From Myxococcales bacterium (GTDB lineage: Bacteria; Myxococcota_A; Polyangia; Polyangiales; GCA-016699535), in assembly GCA_020633325.1 (NCBI GenBank), contig JACKDX010000001.1, positions 1,587,301-1,651,300 on the forward strand: DNA of 64,000 bases, written 5' to 3'. Shown here piece after piece: positions 8,536-18,478 of this stretch (the first letter of the stretch is position 1; the number at the start of each line of letters is the position of its first letter). Under the pieces are notes generated by a model that was not told the DNA's origin, did no database searches, and was given only the letters and a program-made list of their open reading frames with translations. The position numbers and the translations under genes were made by a program.

Positions 8536-9882
8536 TTAGGGCTCAGGCTTGGGGACCTGGGGACGAAGTGTGGAAAAGGCGGGCTTAGAAGCTTCGTGAT
8601 CGGAAATACGGCGCAATGCCACCCGTTCGATGCGTCGACCACGAACATCTTCGACGGTTGCTTCGAAGTTTCCAAGTTTGACCCGGTCGCCGGGATAGGC
8701 AAGACGTTCAAGTACAGAGGTTATACAGCCTGCCATCGTGTCGCCCTCTTCTGTGTGAGGGAATGCAATCCCTTCAAGCTCAAGTTCTTGGATGGGCAAG
8801 GAGCCGTCCATCACCAAGGTGCCGTCACTGCGGGTATATAGACGCGGTGCCTCAAGATCGGTCTCATCTTGAATGTCTCCGACGATCTCTTCTACGATAT
8901 CTTCCAGGGTGACGAGGCCACTCGTGCCGCCGTATTCGTCAACCACAATGCCGATCGGTATTCGTTCGCGTTTCATCTTTGAGAGCGCATCGGCGGTCGT
9001 GAGAGTTTCGGGCAAAAACAAAAGATCTCTGCGCAGCTGGGTGAGATCATTGCGCACACGCGGCGAAGCAATAAACAGATCCTTGGTATGAATATAACCG
9101 AGCACTTGGTCGGGATCACCGTCCTGGACCAAAGGATAGCGGCTGTAACCATGTCGACGAACCATTGCCAGACATTCTTCGAAGCTGTCGGTCATATTTA
9201 ACGTCACCATATCGACGCGCGGGATCATGACGGTACGAATGTGGCGATCGGTGCTGGTGAGCACGCGCTCAAGCAGCTCGCGCTTAGTGTTATCCGGGCC
9301 TCCGGTTGAAAATGCGGACTGAATGATTAGCTTGATCTCCGGTGCGGAAAGGACCGACCGTGTGGAGCCAGCGGCTTGAAGACCGATGACGCGAAGGATC
9401 CGGTTGGTGATCGCATTAAACATCACCTGAATGGGATAGGTGAGGTAGTAGAATACTTCCATGGCCTTGGCGGTCCAGCGGCTGACTGCTTCCGGGCGCT
9501 GTATTGCAAGCGATTTCGGGATTAACTCTCCGACTACGATATGCAAAAATGTGATTATTCCAAAGGATACGCTCAGTGCAATGCCGTGCACCAAAGAAGG
9601 AGAGACGTCGAAAGATCGCAGGGGGACCTCGATAAACCGGGCCACTGCAGGTTCGCCCAGCCAGCCCAGTCCAAGTGAGGCAAAGGTGATGCCTAGTTGG
9701 GTAGCGGTGAGATAGGCATCGAGTTTCTCTACGAGTTTCAGCGCGTGTAAGGCACGCTTGTCTCCAGCGTTTGCTGCCGCCTGTAAACTGGTCGGCCGAG
9801 CCGTCGCCAACGCAAACTCAGCCGCGACAAAAAACGCGTTTGCAGCAACGCACAGAAACGCAGCAATGAGGGCGATTAGCAT
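8536..9882 (-). CDS. CNNM/HlyC-CorC family transporter-associated protein (DUF21 + CBS pair + CorC_HlyC)
   Basis: N-terminal four-TM DUF21 region, a central CBS-pair region (IPRVDMVTL...YSRYPLV) and a C-terminal transporter-associated domain. Confidence 0.88.
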   Translation of the reverse strand: MLIALIAAFLCVAANAFFVAAEFALATARPTSLQAAANAGDKRALHALKLVEKLDAYLTATQLGITFASLGLGWLGEPAVARFIEVPLRSFDVSPSLVHGIALSVSFGIITFLHIVVGELIPKSLAIQRPEAVSRWTAKAMEVFYYLTYPIQVMFNAITNRILRVIGLQAAGSTRSVLSAPEIKLIIQSAFSTGGPDNTKRELLERVLTSTDRHIRTVMIPRVDMVTLNMTDSFEECLAMVRRHGYSRYPLVQDGDPDQVLGYIHTKDLFIASPRVRNDLTQLRRDLLFLPETLTTADALSKMKRERIPIGIVVDEYGGTSGLVTLEDIVEEIVGDIQDETDLEAPRLYTRSDGTLVMDGSLPIQELELEGIAFPHTEEGDTMAGCITSVLERLAYPGDRVKLGNFEATVEDVRGRRIERVALRRISDHEASKPAFSTLRPQVPKPEP

Positions 9883-9948
9883 ATGGATGGTCGATGCCTA
9901 ATCGTGATTGGCTACCATTGGAACTCTAATCGTGTAAAGTACCACCAA

Positions 9949-10923
9949 ATGGCTGTTTTCACGCACCTCGCTGAAAAAGATGCCCAACGCATCGCCGATG
10001 CGTGCAACTTGGGCCGGGTGCATGCGGTTGAGCCGGTGCCAGCCGGCAGCGTAAACAGCAACTTTTATCTCGACACACATGCGGGGCGAGTCTTTGTGCG
10101 TATCTACGAGGAGCAGGGCGCAGAAGGCGTCCGCTACGAGTGGGCGCTGCTACGCTTTTTGCTGACCCACGGAGTTTGCGTGGCGGGACCGTTGCCAGGT
10201 CTTTCGCCCGATGAGTTGCAGGTACAAGGAAAGCCTGTGGGCGTGTTTGAATGTGTGGGCGGTTCGCAAAGCTGTCAGCAGGGAGTCACCCGAGAGCGGG
10301 CCGCAGCGGTCGGCGCGTGGTTGGCAAACGTCCATGGTGTCCTTCAAGCGTTCCCGGAAAAACGTCAGGGTCGGTTCACGGTGGCGCACATGAAAGCCCG
10401 TTTACACGACATTGCAACACGGTCCGAGACCGCATTGGTCAGCACGGTGACCCGGCTCGAAGAAAATCTCGGTGAGATAGAGTCTTTTGTCGACGAAGGG
10501 CTGCCGCACGGCGTAATTCATGGGGATTTGTTCCGCGACAATGTGCGATGGGACGGCTGCCACATCGTGTCTGTGATCGATTGGGAGAGCGCAAGCGACG
10601 GCTTATTCATTTATGATTTAATGGTCGCGGTGCTTGCGTGGTGTTACGGGAATGGTTTTGACTGGCAGCTGGTTTCGGCCATGGTGAGGTCGTATCATGA
10701 TACGCGCCCACTATGCCCCGAGGAACAACAACAGCTACGAGCATGTGCGTTGCGAGCTGCACTGCGCTTTGCCATCACGAGAATAACCGACTTTCACAGT
10801 CGCGGCAGCATCGGGGAGCGTGTGCATAAGGACTATCGGCGTTTCCTCGCGCGATGGGATGCCATCCAGGCCCTTGACGCCCAGCAATTCGAGTTTCTTT
10901 GCTACGGTTCGGGTTCGAAGTAA
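9949..10923 (+). CDS. thrB: homoserine kinase type II (ThrB, APH fold)
   Basis: ORF trimmed to MAVFTHLAEKDAQRIADACNLG..., the typical type II ThrB N-terminus. Motifs GSVNSNFYL and catalytic loop HGDLFRDNV...IDWE. The 3' end overlaps the convergent peptidase gene by 22 nt. Confidence 0.8.
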   Translation: MAVFTHLAEKDAQRIADACNLGRVHAVEPVPAGSVNSNFYLDTHAGRVFVRIYEEQGAEGVRYEWALLRFLLTHGVCVAGPLPGLSPDELQVQGKPVGVFECVGGSQSCQQGVTRERAAAVGAWLANVHGVLQAFPEKRQGRFTVAHMKARLHDIATRSETALVSTVTRLEENLGEIESFVDEGLPHGVIHGDLFRDNVRWDGCHIVSVIDWESASDGLFIYDLMVAVLAWCYGNGFDWQLVSAMVRSYHDTRPLCPEEQQQLRACALRAALRFAITRITDFHSRGSIGERVHKDYRRFLARWDAIQALDAQQFEFLCYGSGSK

Positions 10924-13900
10924 TCTTGCCCAAACGCCATCTCGTCCGTCGTTGGAGTCTTGAGCAAGGTGCCGTCCTTGCCATCCCTACGAACGATGAA
11001 AGATGCGCGAGTCACCATGTCGTTCCGTTTGCGCGCAAAAACGTTAATGTGATTGGTGCCAGGACTCAAAGGGAGAAGAGTGGAAAAACTCACTGCCTTA
11101 GGATTTTTCCCTGCGCGATTGGACTTGTAGAACACCTTGCGGGCACCGACGAAAATATAGACATCCTTGACCTGATCGCGGTCCCTCGCTGTACCGCTTA
11201 ATTTGAGCGTGGGACTGGAGGTGACGTGTTGGTTCTTGTAGTCCAGACTGAGTTCGGGCGGCATGTGGTTGAGTGCATTCGCCAGCACGCCATCCGTGGA
11301 CGCCGGCTTCTGCTTTTCGAGCTTTCCGGCATTTACCCATCCCGGCTGACCAGCTGCCATAGTTACACGCGTAAATTCACCCAAAGTAGCTTCCATTGGC
11401 AACGCGAGGATTCCCTTCGATGCATAAGCGATAGCTTTGCTGGTTGCATGAGGACTCTCCAAGATAGGCGTCCCGGCCGCAAGGTACGCCGTACCATTCA
11501 CGGGCTTGGGATTGCCGCTCGTGCTTTTCGCCCACACCGATACCTTTTCAGTCACGCCTTCGCGAAGATCGGTGTCGGCGACAGAAACCTCAAATTTGGC
11601 CTCGCTGTCCTCGGCATCCGGAAGAATCTTAAACGTGAAGGGAACAGTCCGTTCCTGGCCAGGCTTGATATCGTCGATTCGGAAGCGGCCGTCTCTGAGG
11701 AGAACCCCGTTGCCAGTCAGATTTCGCAGATTCGCTTGCGTGGTATAACTGGGCCCTTTTCCCACGTTTTTTACATGCAAGAAGAGGGTGGCCGTCTCTC
11801 CACGTTGAATTGTGCCATCGCCGTTCCCCTTCGGATCAGCTATCTGAAGGGAGTAGGCAAACTGCGGCTTCGGCAGGGATGTAACCGTGGTGCGGATCTC
11901 GGCCGATTTGGGAGTGTGTCCATAGGCTTCCTGAAAGTCGACGCGTATGCCGTCGGCGCGATCGGCCAAGAAAAACGGTAGCGTGCAAACAGGTTTGCCT
12001 TTGGCACGTCCGATCTGTGGCAGTAGGGCGCGCCATGGGTCGGCCTGACCATCTTTGCCCACAGTCACCGCGGGCTTGGGATTGCGCGTCTCACAAAGAC
12101 CCAACGTGGCTGACCAGCGCCGCGTTTGCCCGGGCTTGAGTTTGCCAAACACTAGTTCGCGTTGATCGAATAGCAAGAAATCGCTGCTTGTCGTTGCCCG
12201 CAGTCGATAGATGGGCACCTGGCCACGGTTGGTCACCTGAACGATTAACTCAAATGGTTCGCCAGCACGCCCGGAGTTGTTCGGACGATTGGTGGACACC
12301 TCGACCGAGAGGTCTGAAGGGCCTTTGTCAGGCCCGTTCGACCAGTCGATACCAAGCTTGCGAAGCTCGCTTATCGCGCGGTCGAGTTCTTGTGCTTGGG
12401 TGGTTGCGATCACTTTTTTGGCGTCCGCGAGGAGCCTCCGTCGGTCGGCATGGGTCGCTTGGCTCAAAATGCGTTCTGCGAAGCGGATCAAGAACTGCGC
12501 CTCGTGTTCGTTCTCTTCTTGGGCCCCCTCGTTGGTTTCTCGTAAGCGTTCCCTGATTTCTTCGGGAAGGTAGTACTCTAGGAGCACTTCCGGTTTGTCG
12601 CCCTGCCTCACGCTCTCGTTGGTGAGATGCCGTTCGAGATCAGCTTCGCGTAAACCGGGACGATTGACCGTGAGATCCATATCGTCGCGATCCACGGTGA
12701 TAGGATCGATCCCGATGTCAGGCACGATACCTGTGCCCTGTATGGACACATCTCCGGGGGTGAGATACTGAGCGATGGTCAATTTTAACGCAGAGCCATC
12801 ATTGTAATCGTAAAGAACCTGCACTGAGCCTTTACCGAAGGTGCGCTGCCCAATCACTAATGCGCGATCATGGTTTTTAAGGGCGCCCGCCACTATCTCA
12901 CTCGCCGAAGCGCTGCCGCCGTTGACGAGAACCACAAGCGGATAGGTCGGTTCATTGCCATCGTTCGACGCATGCTTCTCGTCGCGCTGGCTCTCATCGT
13001 TCGAGCGAGTGCTCACGATTGTGCCGCTCTTCAGGAAGATGTCGGTGACCCGGATGGCTTGTTCGAGCAAGCCCCCCGGATTGTCTTGAAGATCGAGGAT
13101 GAGTCCTTTGATGTGACTGGCGTCAAGCTTTCTTAGAGCGCGCTCAAGGTCAGAGGTAGTGTTTCCTTGAAAACTCTTAAGCTGAACGTATCCGATGTTG
13201 CCATCGAGAACCCGGGACTCGACAGAGTCAATGTGAATAATGGCGCGCTCCAGCTGCACGGTACGGGGGTCGCTCCAGCCCTTGGGGGTTTCGCGGACAA
13301 TGGAGATATTGACTTTAGAACCAGGCGCCCCGCGAAGACGGTCCACAGCCTCCTGCAGAGGCATGTTAAGTGTGGATTCATTGTCGATGCCCACGATGCG
13401 ATCATGACGCTTGAGTCCGCTTTTCTCGGCGGGCGTTCCGGGCATGGGACGAATCACGGTGAGCAAACCATCGCGGATAGAGATGACAATGCCTAAACCG
13501 CCAAACTCCCCGCGCGTACTCATGCGCATTTCCGTGTAGACTTCGGGGGTAAGAAGGGTTGAGTGCGGATCCAAAGTGCGGAGTGCGCCGTTGACGCTCG
13601 CGTACTCAACGTCCCGGAGCTCGATATCTTCTTCGTCGAGATGTTTTTGCAAGAAAGCAAACACTTCCCGAAAACGTTGCGCAAGGGTCCACGGGCTCGT
13701 CACATCGGAGATGGGGAAGCGCTTCTCTTCCGTGTCCACAATGACAGAAAGGTCCCGAGCGCCCTTCTTGTGATGGACAATGACAGGTGGCACAGCGAGT
13801 TGAATGGCATTGAGACCCGCGAGCAACATCTCACGATACTCCACACGTTCAGGGGCGACGTAATACTTGTTGACATGGTGGATCACACGGTTGAGCACGC

Positions 13901-14105
13901 TCAGCTTCGAGAGATCGTAGGGCAGTCGCTTACGTGCGGCTTGCGCGCGCGGTGAGCTATCGATTTCGATCCCATATCCGTTACGTTCGGGCCACACGAA
14001 AGTGACCCCATATGCGAGGGCAACGGCGGCCAGCACCAAAAGGATGCGCCACCATGGGGAAAATGGCGGCTTTACTGAGCGATAAAAAGAAACCACGCTA
14101 TTCAC
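10902..14105 (-). CDS. large C-terminal processing (S41) peptidase with PDZ domain and a ~550-aa C-terminal extension
   Basis: N-terminal TM helix. PDZ region (GGLGIVISIRDGLLTVIRPMPGTPAEKSGL). S41 catalytic motifs LVNGGSASASEI and RTFGKGSVQ. The long C-terminal region appears beta-rich and repetitive. Confidence 0.88.
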   Translation of the reverse strand: MNSVVSFYRSVKPPFSPWWRILLVLAAVALAYGVTFVWPERNGYGIEIDSSPRAQAARKRLPYDLSKLSVLNRVIHHVNKYYVAPERVEYREMLLAGLNAIQLAVPPVIVHHKKGARDLSVIVDTEEKRFPISDVTSPWTLAQRFREVFAFLQKHLDEEDIELRDVEYASVNGALRTLDPHSTLLTPEVYTEMRMSTRGEFGGLGIVISIRDGLLTVIRPMPGTPAEKSGLKRHDRIVGIDNESTLNMPLQEAVDRLRGAPGSKVNISIVRETPKGWSDPRTVQLERAIIHIDSVESRVLDGNIGYVQLKSFQGNTTSDLERALRKLDASHIKGLILDLQDNPGGLLEQAIRVTDIFLKSGTIVSTRSNDESQRDEKHASNDGNEPTYPLVVLVNGGSASASEIVAGALKNHDRALVIGQRTFGKGSVQVLYDYNDGSALKLTIAQYLTPGDVSIQGTGIVPDIGIDPITVDRDDMDLTVNRPGLREADLERHLTNESVRQGDKPEVLLEYYLPEEIRERLRETNEGAQEENEHEAQFLIRFAERILSQATHADRRRLLADAKKVIATTQAQELDRAISELRKLGIDWSNGPDKGPSDLSVEVSTNRPNNSGRAGEPFELIVQVTNRGQVPIYRLRATTSSDFLLFDQRELVFGKLKPGQTRRWSATLGLCETRNPKPAVTVGKDGQADPWRALLPQIGRAKGKPVCTLPFFLADRADGIRVDFQEAYGHTPKSAEIRTTVTSLPKPQFAYSLQIADPKGNGDGTIQRGETATLFLHVKNVGKGPSYTTQANLRNLTGNGVLLRDGRFRIDDIKPGQERTVPFTFKILPDAEDSEAKFEVSVADTDLREGVTEKVSVWAKSTSGNPKPVNGTAYLAAGTPILESPHATSKAIAYASKGILALPMEATLGEFTRVTMAAGQPGWVNAGKLEKQKPASTDGVLANALNHMPPELSLDYKNQHVTSSPTLKLSGTARDRDQVKDVYIFVGARKVFYKSNRAGKNPKAVSFSTLLPLSPGTNHINVFARKRNDMVTRASFIVRRDGKDGTLLKTPTTDEMAFGQDYFEPEP

Positions 14106-14233
14106 GGGACATACAGGCGCAAAGAAGTGTTAAGAGGTCAAGTGCCGCTTCCGGGGTTTTAGTATAAGAAAGCCTGCGCTGGCCAGCTTTACATGCTTCG
14201 TAAGTTCATATGATTTCTAGATATTGGCAGTAA

Positions 14234-15640
14234 ATGGTTGAATATTCAGCAAAAAACAAGAACGACGATGGGGAACTCTCTCTCCTTGCGGAGGCGACGC
14301 CGCAGGCAGTGGGGGAGCTATGTCGACGCTTCGAGCAAGGCGGCTATCGGGCGTGGGCAGTCGGTGGTTCGCTAAGAGACGTTCTTTTGGGGCGCTCTGT
14401 GGCGGATTGGGATCTCGCGACCACGGCCCGCCCCGAGGAAGTGTGCCGACTCTTTGACCGCGTGATTCCCACGGGGATCGAACATGGAACCGTGACTTTG
14501 ATTTGGAAAAAGGCCTCGTACGAGGTGACGACGTTGCGCGCGGAACACGGCTACAGCGATGGTCGCAGGCCCGACCATGTGCGATTTGTCGAAGACATCG
14601 CGGAAGACTTGGCGCGTCGAGATTTCACCGTCAACGCGCTCGCATACGATCCATTAAATGACACGCTGACGGATCCTTTTTTCGGTGTAAACGACATTCG
14701 GGATCGTCGCTTGCGTACGGTGGGGGATCCACTCCAGCGCTTTTCCGAAGACGGGCTCAGGGTGCTGCGGGCGGCGCGTTTTGTAGCCACGCTCGAGTTC
14801 GATCTTGACGCGCGCACCGAAGCGGCCATGGAGCCGTCGTTACCCGTGTTTCGTAAAGTCGCACACGAACGGGTGCGCGATGAATGGATCAAATGCATGG
14901 CAGCGAGGGCGCCCTCGGCCGCATTCGATATCATGAAACGCACCGGTCTTTTGAAAGTCACGCTGCCGGAGCTGCTCGAACAGGTGGATTGCACGCAGAA
15001 CCGATGGCATGCGTTTGACGTCTGGCGCCACACGATGCTTTGCGTAGATCAGCTCCCTCAAGGAGACGCCATATTGCGGATGGCTGGATTGCTACACGAC
15101 ATCGGGAAGCCAAAGAGCCGAGCCTTTTCTGAAAAAACCAAGGAATACACCTTCTACAACCACGAGAAGCTGGGTGCTGAACTCGCCCGACACTGGCTTG
15201 AGGACTACAGGTTTTCCAACGCCGACCGCGCTCGCATCGTGGATCTCGTGCGGCACCACCTGGTGTGTTACGCAGCGGATTGGACGGATGCTGCGGTCCG
15301 CCGCTTTGTCCGGCGCGTCAGTCTTGAACGGGTTCCTGACTTGCTGTTATTGGCCGAAGCGGATGCCATGTCCAAAGGTCGACCCGTCGACAGGGAGCTC
15401 GAGTTGCTGCGAGAGCTTAGGTCTCGCATTGATAAAGTGACTGCTAATCGAGAGGCGTTGTCCGTTCGGGAGTTGGCGATCGATGGTCGAGATATCATGC
15501 GGAGTTGCGCATTAAGGCCGGGGCCGCGCATCGGCCGTATCCTCGAAGCGTTGCTGGAGGATGTGCTCGAAGATCCGGCGCTGAACCAGCGGGAGATTTT
15601 ACTTGAGCATGCCCTTCGTCATCTAAAGGCGCTAGAATGA
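14234..15640 (+). CDS. cca: CCA-adding tRNA nucleotidyltransferase / poly(A) polymerase family with HD domain
   Basis: Motifs GGSLRDVLLG and RRDFTVNALAY, plus HD motif LLHDIGKP. Confidence 0.88.
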   Translation: MVEYSAKNKNDDGELSLLAEATPQAVGELCRRFEQGGYRAWAVGGSLRDVLLGRSVADWDLATTARPEEVCRLFDRVIPTGIEHGTVTLIWKKASYEVTTLRAEHGYSDGRRPDHVRFVEDIAEDLARRDFTVNALAYDPLNDTLTDPFFGVNDIRDRRLRTVGDPLQRFSEDGLRVLRAARFVATLEFDLDARTEAAMEPSLPVFRKVAHERVRDEWIKCMAARAPSAAFDIMKRTGLLKVTLPELLEQVDCTQNRWHAFDVWRHTMLCVDQLPQGDAILRMAGLLHDIGKPKSRAFSEKTKEYTFYNHEKLGAELARHWLEDYRFSNADRARIVDLVRHHLVCYAADWTDAAVRRFVRRVSLERVPDLLLLAEADAMSKGRPVDRELELLRELRSRIDKVTANREALSVRELAIDGRDIMRSCALRPGPRIGRILEALLEDVLEDPALNQREILLEHALRHLKALE

Positions 15641-16365
15641 CTGGTTATATCGATTTGCATTGTCATGTTGTGCCCGGCGTCGACGACGGCGTTCGGACTT
15701 CCGAAGAAGGTTTCGCACTTTGCGGTGCCCTTGCAGGTATGGGCTATAGCCGCCTAGTCGCCACGCCGCACATACGCACAGCCATGTTCGAAAACCGTCG
15801 CTCATCCCTTGTGGCGCCTTTTGGAGCATTCAGGCGCGACTTCTATGCGCAGGACGCAATGCCAACGTTGGGCCTCGCTGCGGAACACTACTTCGATGAT
15901 CAGTTTTGGACCCTCTTCGAAGCTGAAGAGACGATATTGTACCCTGGCGGACGCGCGATTTTGCTAGAGCTGAATCCCAACGTTGCTCCGATGGGGTTTG
16001 AAGCGCGCTGTTTTGAGCTACTGGTGCGAGGCATTCGACCTGTGATGGCCCACCCCGAGCGCTATCAGTTTCTTTTTGACGATGATACGTGGGTACGCGA
16101 AGTACAGGCTCGCGGGGTTCTTCTGCAGTTAGACCTGATGTCGCTGGCGGGTACTTATGGCAAGAGGCCAAAGCATTTGGCCGAACGCTGGCTAGGGGCA
16201 GATCTTTATTCCATTGCCTGCACCGATTGCCATCGCCTTGAACAGATTGATGATGTCGCCAAAGGTATTAAAGAGCTATTTCGGCGACTCGGCGCGGCAA
16301 AAGCCGCTCAACTCCTCAAGGATGGGCCACAAAAGGTGCTGGACGGCACCATCATGCCAGTATAA
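15637..16365 (+). CDS. PHP-family protein-tyrosine phosphatase (CpsB/YwqE-like)
   Basis: N-terminus IDLHCHVVPGVDDG and motif MAHPERY, typical of CpsB/CapC phosphatases. ATGA overlap with the cca stop. Confidence 0.78.
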   Translation: MTGYIDLHCHVVPGVDDGVRTSEEGFALCGALAGMGYSRLVATPHIRTAMFENRRSSLVAPFGAFRRDFYAQDAMPTLGLAAEHYFDDQFWTLFEAEETILYPGGRAILLELNPNVAPMGFEARCFELLVRGIRPVMAHPERYQFLFDDDTWVREVQARGVLLQLDLMSLAGTYGKRPKHLAERWLGADLYSIACTDCHRLEQIDDVAKGIKELFRRLGAAKAAQLLKDGPQKVLDGTIMPV

Positions 16366-16391
16366 GAGGGCCGTGCTTTTATGGAGCCAGG

Positions 16392-17525
16392 ATGCCACGA
16401 CTTTTAGCCTCAGCCGTTGAACGCGTAGAGCGTGCCATCCACGAGATCCAAGCGGGCCGCATGGTGATTTTGGTGGATGACGAGGACCGCGAGAACGAGG
16501 GGGACTTGTGCATGGCCGCCGATCAAGTCACACCCGAATCGATCAATTTCATGGCCCGCTACGGGCGTGGACTCATATGCTTGGCGTTGGCTGAGGAGGC
16601 TGTTCATCGCTTGAGGTTGCCCATGATGGTGCGTGATAATCGATCGCCGTTGGGCACGGCATTTACGGTATCCATCGAGGCGAAGGAAGGTGTGACCACG
16701 GGTATTAGCGCGCACGACCGTGCCCATACCATCCGAACTGCGGCGTCGGCCGATTGCAAAGCGGAAGACCTGGTGAGCCCTGGCCATGTCTTCCCTCTGT
16801 GCGCCAAGCCCGGGGGAGTTTTGCAACGCGCGGGACAAACTGAAGGCTCGGTGGACTTAGCGATGCTTGCAGGCCGTGCACCCTCGGCTGTGATTTGCGA
16901 AATCATGAATGAAGACGGGACCATGGCCCGATTCGCTGAGTTACAACAGTTCGCTGAGACGCACGGACTCCATCTTTTGTCGATTGCAGATGTCGCGACA
17001 TACCGTCTGCGCCATGAGTCCATGGTGCGTAGAGTGAGGGGCGCAGAGGTGCCCTCTGCAAGTGGCAAAATGTGGCGGGCGCATGTGTACGAGACGAAGG
17101 TAAAAAGCCGCCAACTTGTCGCGATGACATTGGGCAGTATTGACAATAGTCCCACGCTCGTCAGGGTGCATACTGGCAGCGCGCTTTTGGATGTTTTTGG
17201 GGCCAGGGCCCCGGGGCGCCTTCTCTCGCATGATGCCGTTCGACAGATTGAAAGCGAGGGTCGCGGGGTGTTCTTGTTCTTGCCCAGTCCTGACGATCTA
17301 TTAACCGAGCTTGAACGATACGAACAGGCATCCGGTTCAACCCCGATGTCCGAGGCCCAGGACCGCTTAAGCGTACTTCGAGAATACGGACTTGGTGCCC
17401 AAGTGTTGGCGGACTTAGGCCTTTCTCATATTCGGCTACTGACCAATCGCCCGCGACGCATTGCGGGGCTGGATGCCTTTGGCCTTCAAATAGTCGAAGA
17501 AGTTCCTCTGGTTCATGTATCCTAG
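16392..17525 (+). CDS. ribB: 3,4-dihydroxy-2-butanone-4-phosphate synthase fused to a degenerate GTP cyclohydrolase II-like domain (RibBX type)
   Basis: DHBP synthase motifs ILVDDEDRENEGDL, GLICLAL and SGHVFPL. The C-terminal half aligns with RibA (LVRVH..., EGRG, LLTN). It reads TGSALLDVFGARAPGRL where RibA has SECLTGD...RCDCG. Confidence 0.88.
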   Translation: MPRLLASAVERVERAIHEIQAGRMVILVDDEDRENEGDLCMAADQVTPESINFMARYGRGLICLALAEEAVHRLRLPMMVRDNRSPLGTAFTVSIEAKEGVTTGISAHDRAHTIRTAASADCKAEDLVSPGHVFPLCAKPGGVLQRAGQTEGSVDLAMLAGRAPSAVICEIMNEDGTMARFAELQQFAETHGLHLLSIADVATYRLRHESMVRRVRGAEVPSASGKMWRAHVYETKVKSRQLVAMTLGSIDNSPTLVRVHTGSALLDVFGARAPGRLLSHDAVRQIESEGRGVFLFLPSPDDLLTELERYEQASGSTPMSEAQDRLSVLREYGLGAQVLADLGLSHIRLLTNRPRRIAGLDAFGLQIVEEVPLVHVS

Positions 17526-17532
17526 GCCCGTC

Positions 17533-18030
17533 ATGGGACAGCAAACTTCCATCAAGCGGGTCGAAGGCACATTTGACGTGGCGCCCCGTTCGCGCTTTGC
17601 CATTGTGGCCTCGCGCTTCAATCAAGAGGTGGTAGAGCGGCTCCTAGAGGGTTCGATCGATGCGCTGATTCGACATGGCGTAGACCGCACGCATGTTACG
17701 GTGGTCAGTGTGCCAGGAGCATGGGAGATTCCCTTCGGTTGCGAGCACGTCGCACGGCGAAAAAACATCTCGGGAATCGTAGCGGTAGGGGCCGTCATAC
17801 GGGGGGAAACCTCGCATTTTGAGCGGGTAGCCGCCGAGTCCATCTCTGGCTGCGCACGCGTCATGGGTAAGCACGGGGTGCCGATCGGGCTTGGCATACT
17901 TACGACCGAATCCCTTGCGCAGGCCATGGCCCGCGCCGGCGGCTCGATGGGAAATAAGGGCTGGGAAGCTGCGCTGAGCGCATTGGAAATGGCGTCTCTG
18001 GCAGCACGGCTTGCAGGCAGCAATACATAA
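17533..18030 (+). CDS. ribH: 6,7-dimethyl-8-ribityllumazine synthase
   Basis: Motifs FAIVASRFN, VPGAWEIP and GAVIRGETSHFE. Start set to the internal ATG (MGQQTS...). Confidence 0.9.
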   Translation: MGQQTSIKRVEGTFDVAPRSRFAIVASRFNQEVVERLLEGSIDALIRHGVDRTHVTVVSVPGAWEIPFGCEHVARRKNISGIVAVGAVIRGETSHFERVAAESISGCARVMGKHGVPIGLGILTTESLAQAMARAGGSMGNKGWEAALSALEMASLAARLAGSNT

Positions 18031-18043
18031 CTTTTTGATTTAA

Positions 18044-18478
18044 TTGAATAATATGTCGCACACTCCCCGACGCAGAAGCCGCGGCACGGCGCTACAGATT
18101 CTTTATCAGATGGATGTCGCATCGATTGATATCGACATGGCCATACGTCTCTACTGGAGTCAGTTTGAAAGTTATGGTCACGAAGGAGCTTTTGCCGATC
18201 AGCTAGCGCGCGGCGTGGCGGGCGCACTCACAGAGATTGATGCCGCAATTACGCATGCGAGCGAGCACTGGCGCCTCGACCGCATGCCAGTCGTGGATCG
18301 CAATCTGCTTCGCTTGGGATGCTACGAACTTATGGCGTCCCCGCAAACTCCTTATCGCGTCACGCTGAACGAGGCCATTGAGCTTGCGAAGCTTTACGGC
18401 AACGAAGAGAGTCCGAGTTTTGTCAACGGCGTTCTTGATTGCATTGCGCGCAATCTCAACATTCATACAGAAAAATAA
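18044..18478 (+). CDS. nusB: transcription antitermination factor NusB
   Basis: Motifs RRRSRGTALQILYQMD and LDRMPVVDRNLLRLGCYEL. Conserved position after ribH. Confidence 0.9.
   Translation: MNNMSHTPRRRSRGTALQILYQMDVASIDIDMAIRLYWSQFESYGHEGAFADQLARGVAGALTEIDAAITHASEHWRLDRMPVVDRNLLRLGCYELMASPQTPYRVTLNEAIELAKLYGNEESPSFVNGVLDCIARNLNIHTEK

Noticed and set aside
16366-16391. Expected FMN riboswitch upstream of ribBX, and likewise upstream of ribD
   Set aside because: Only 26 nt separate the phosphatase stop from the ribBX start, and ribD overlaps nrdR. An FMN aptamer cannot fit in either gap.
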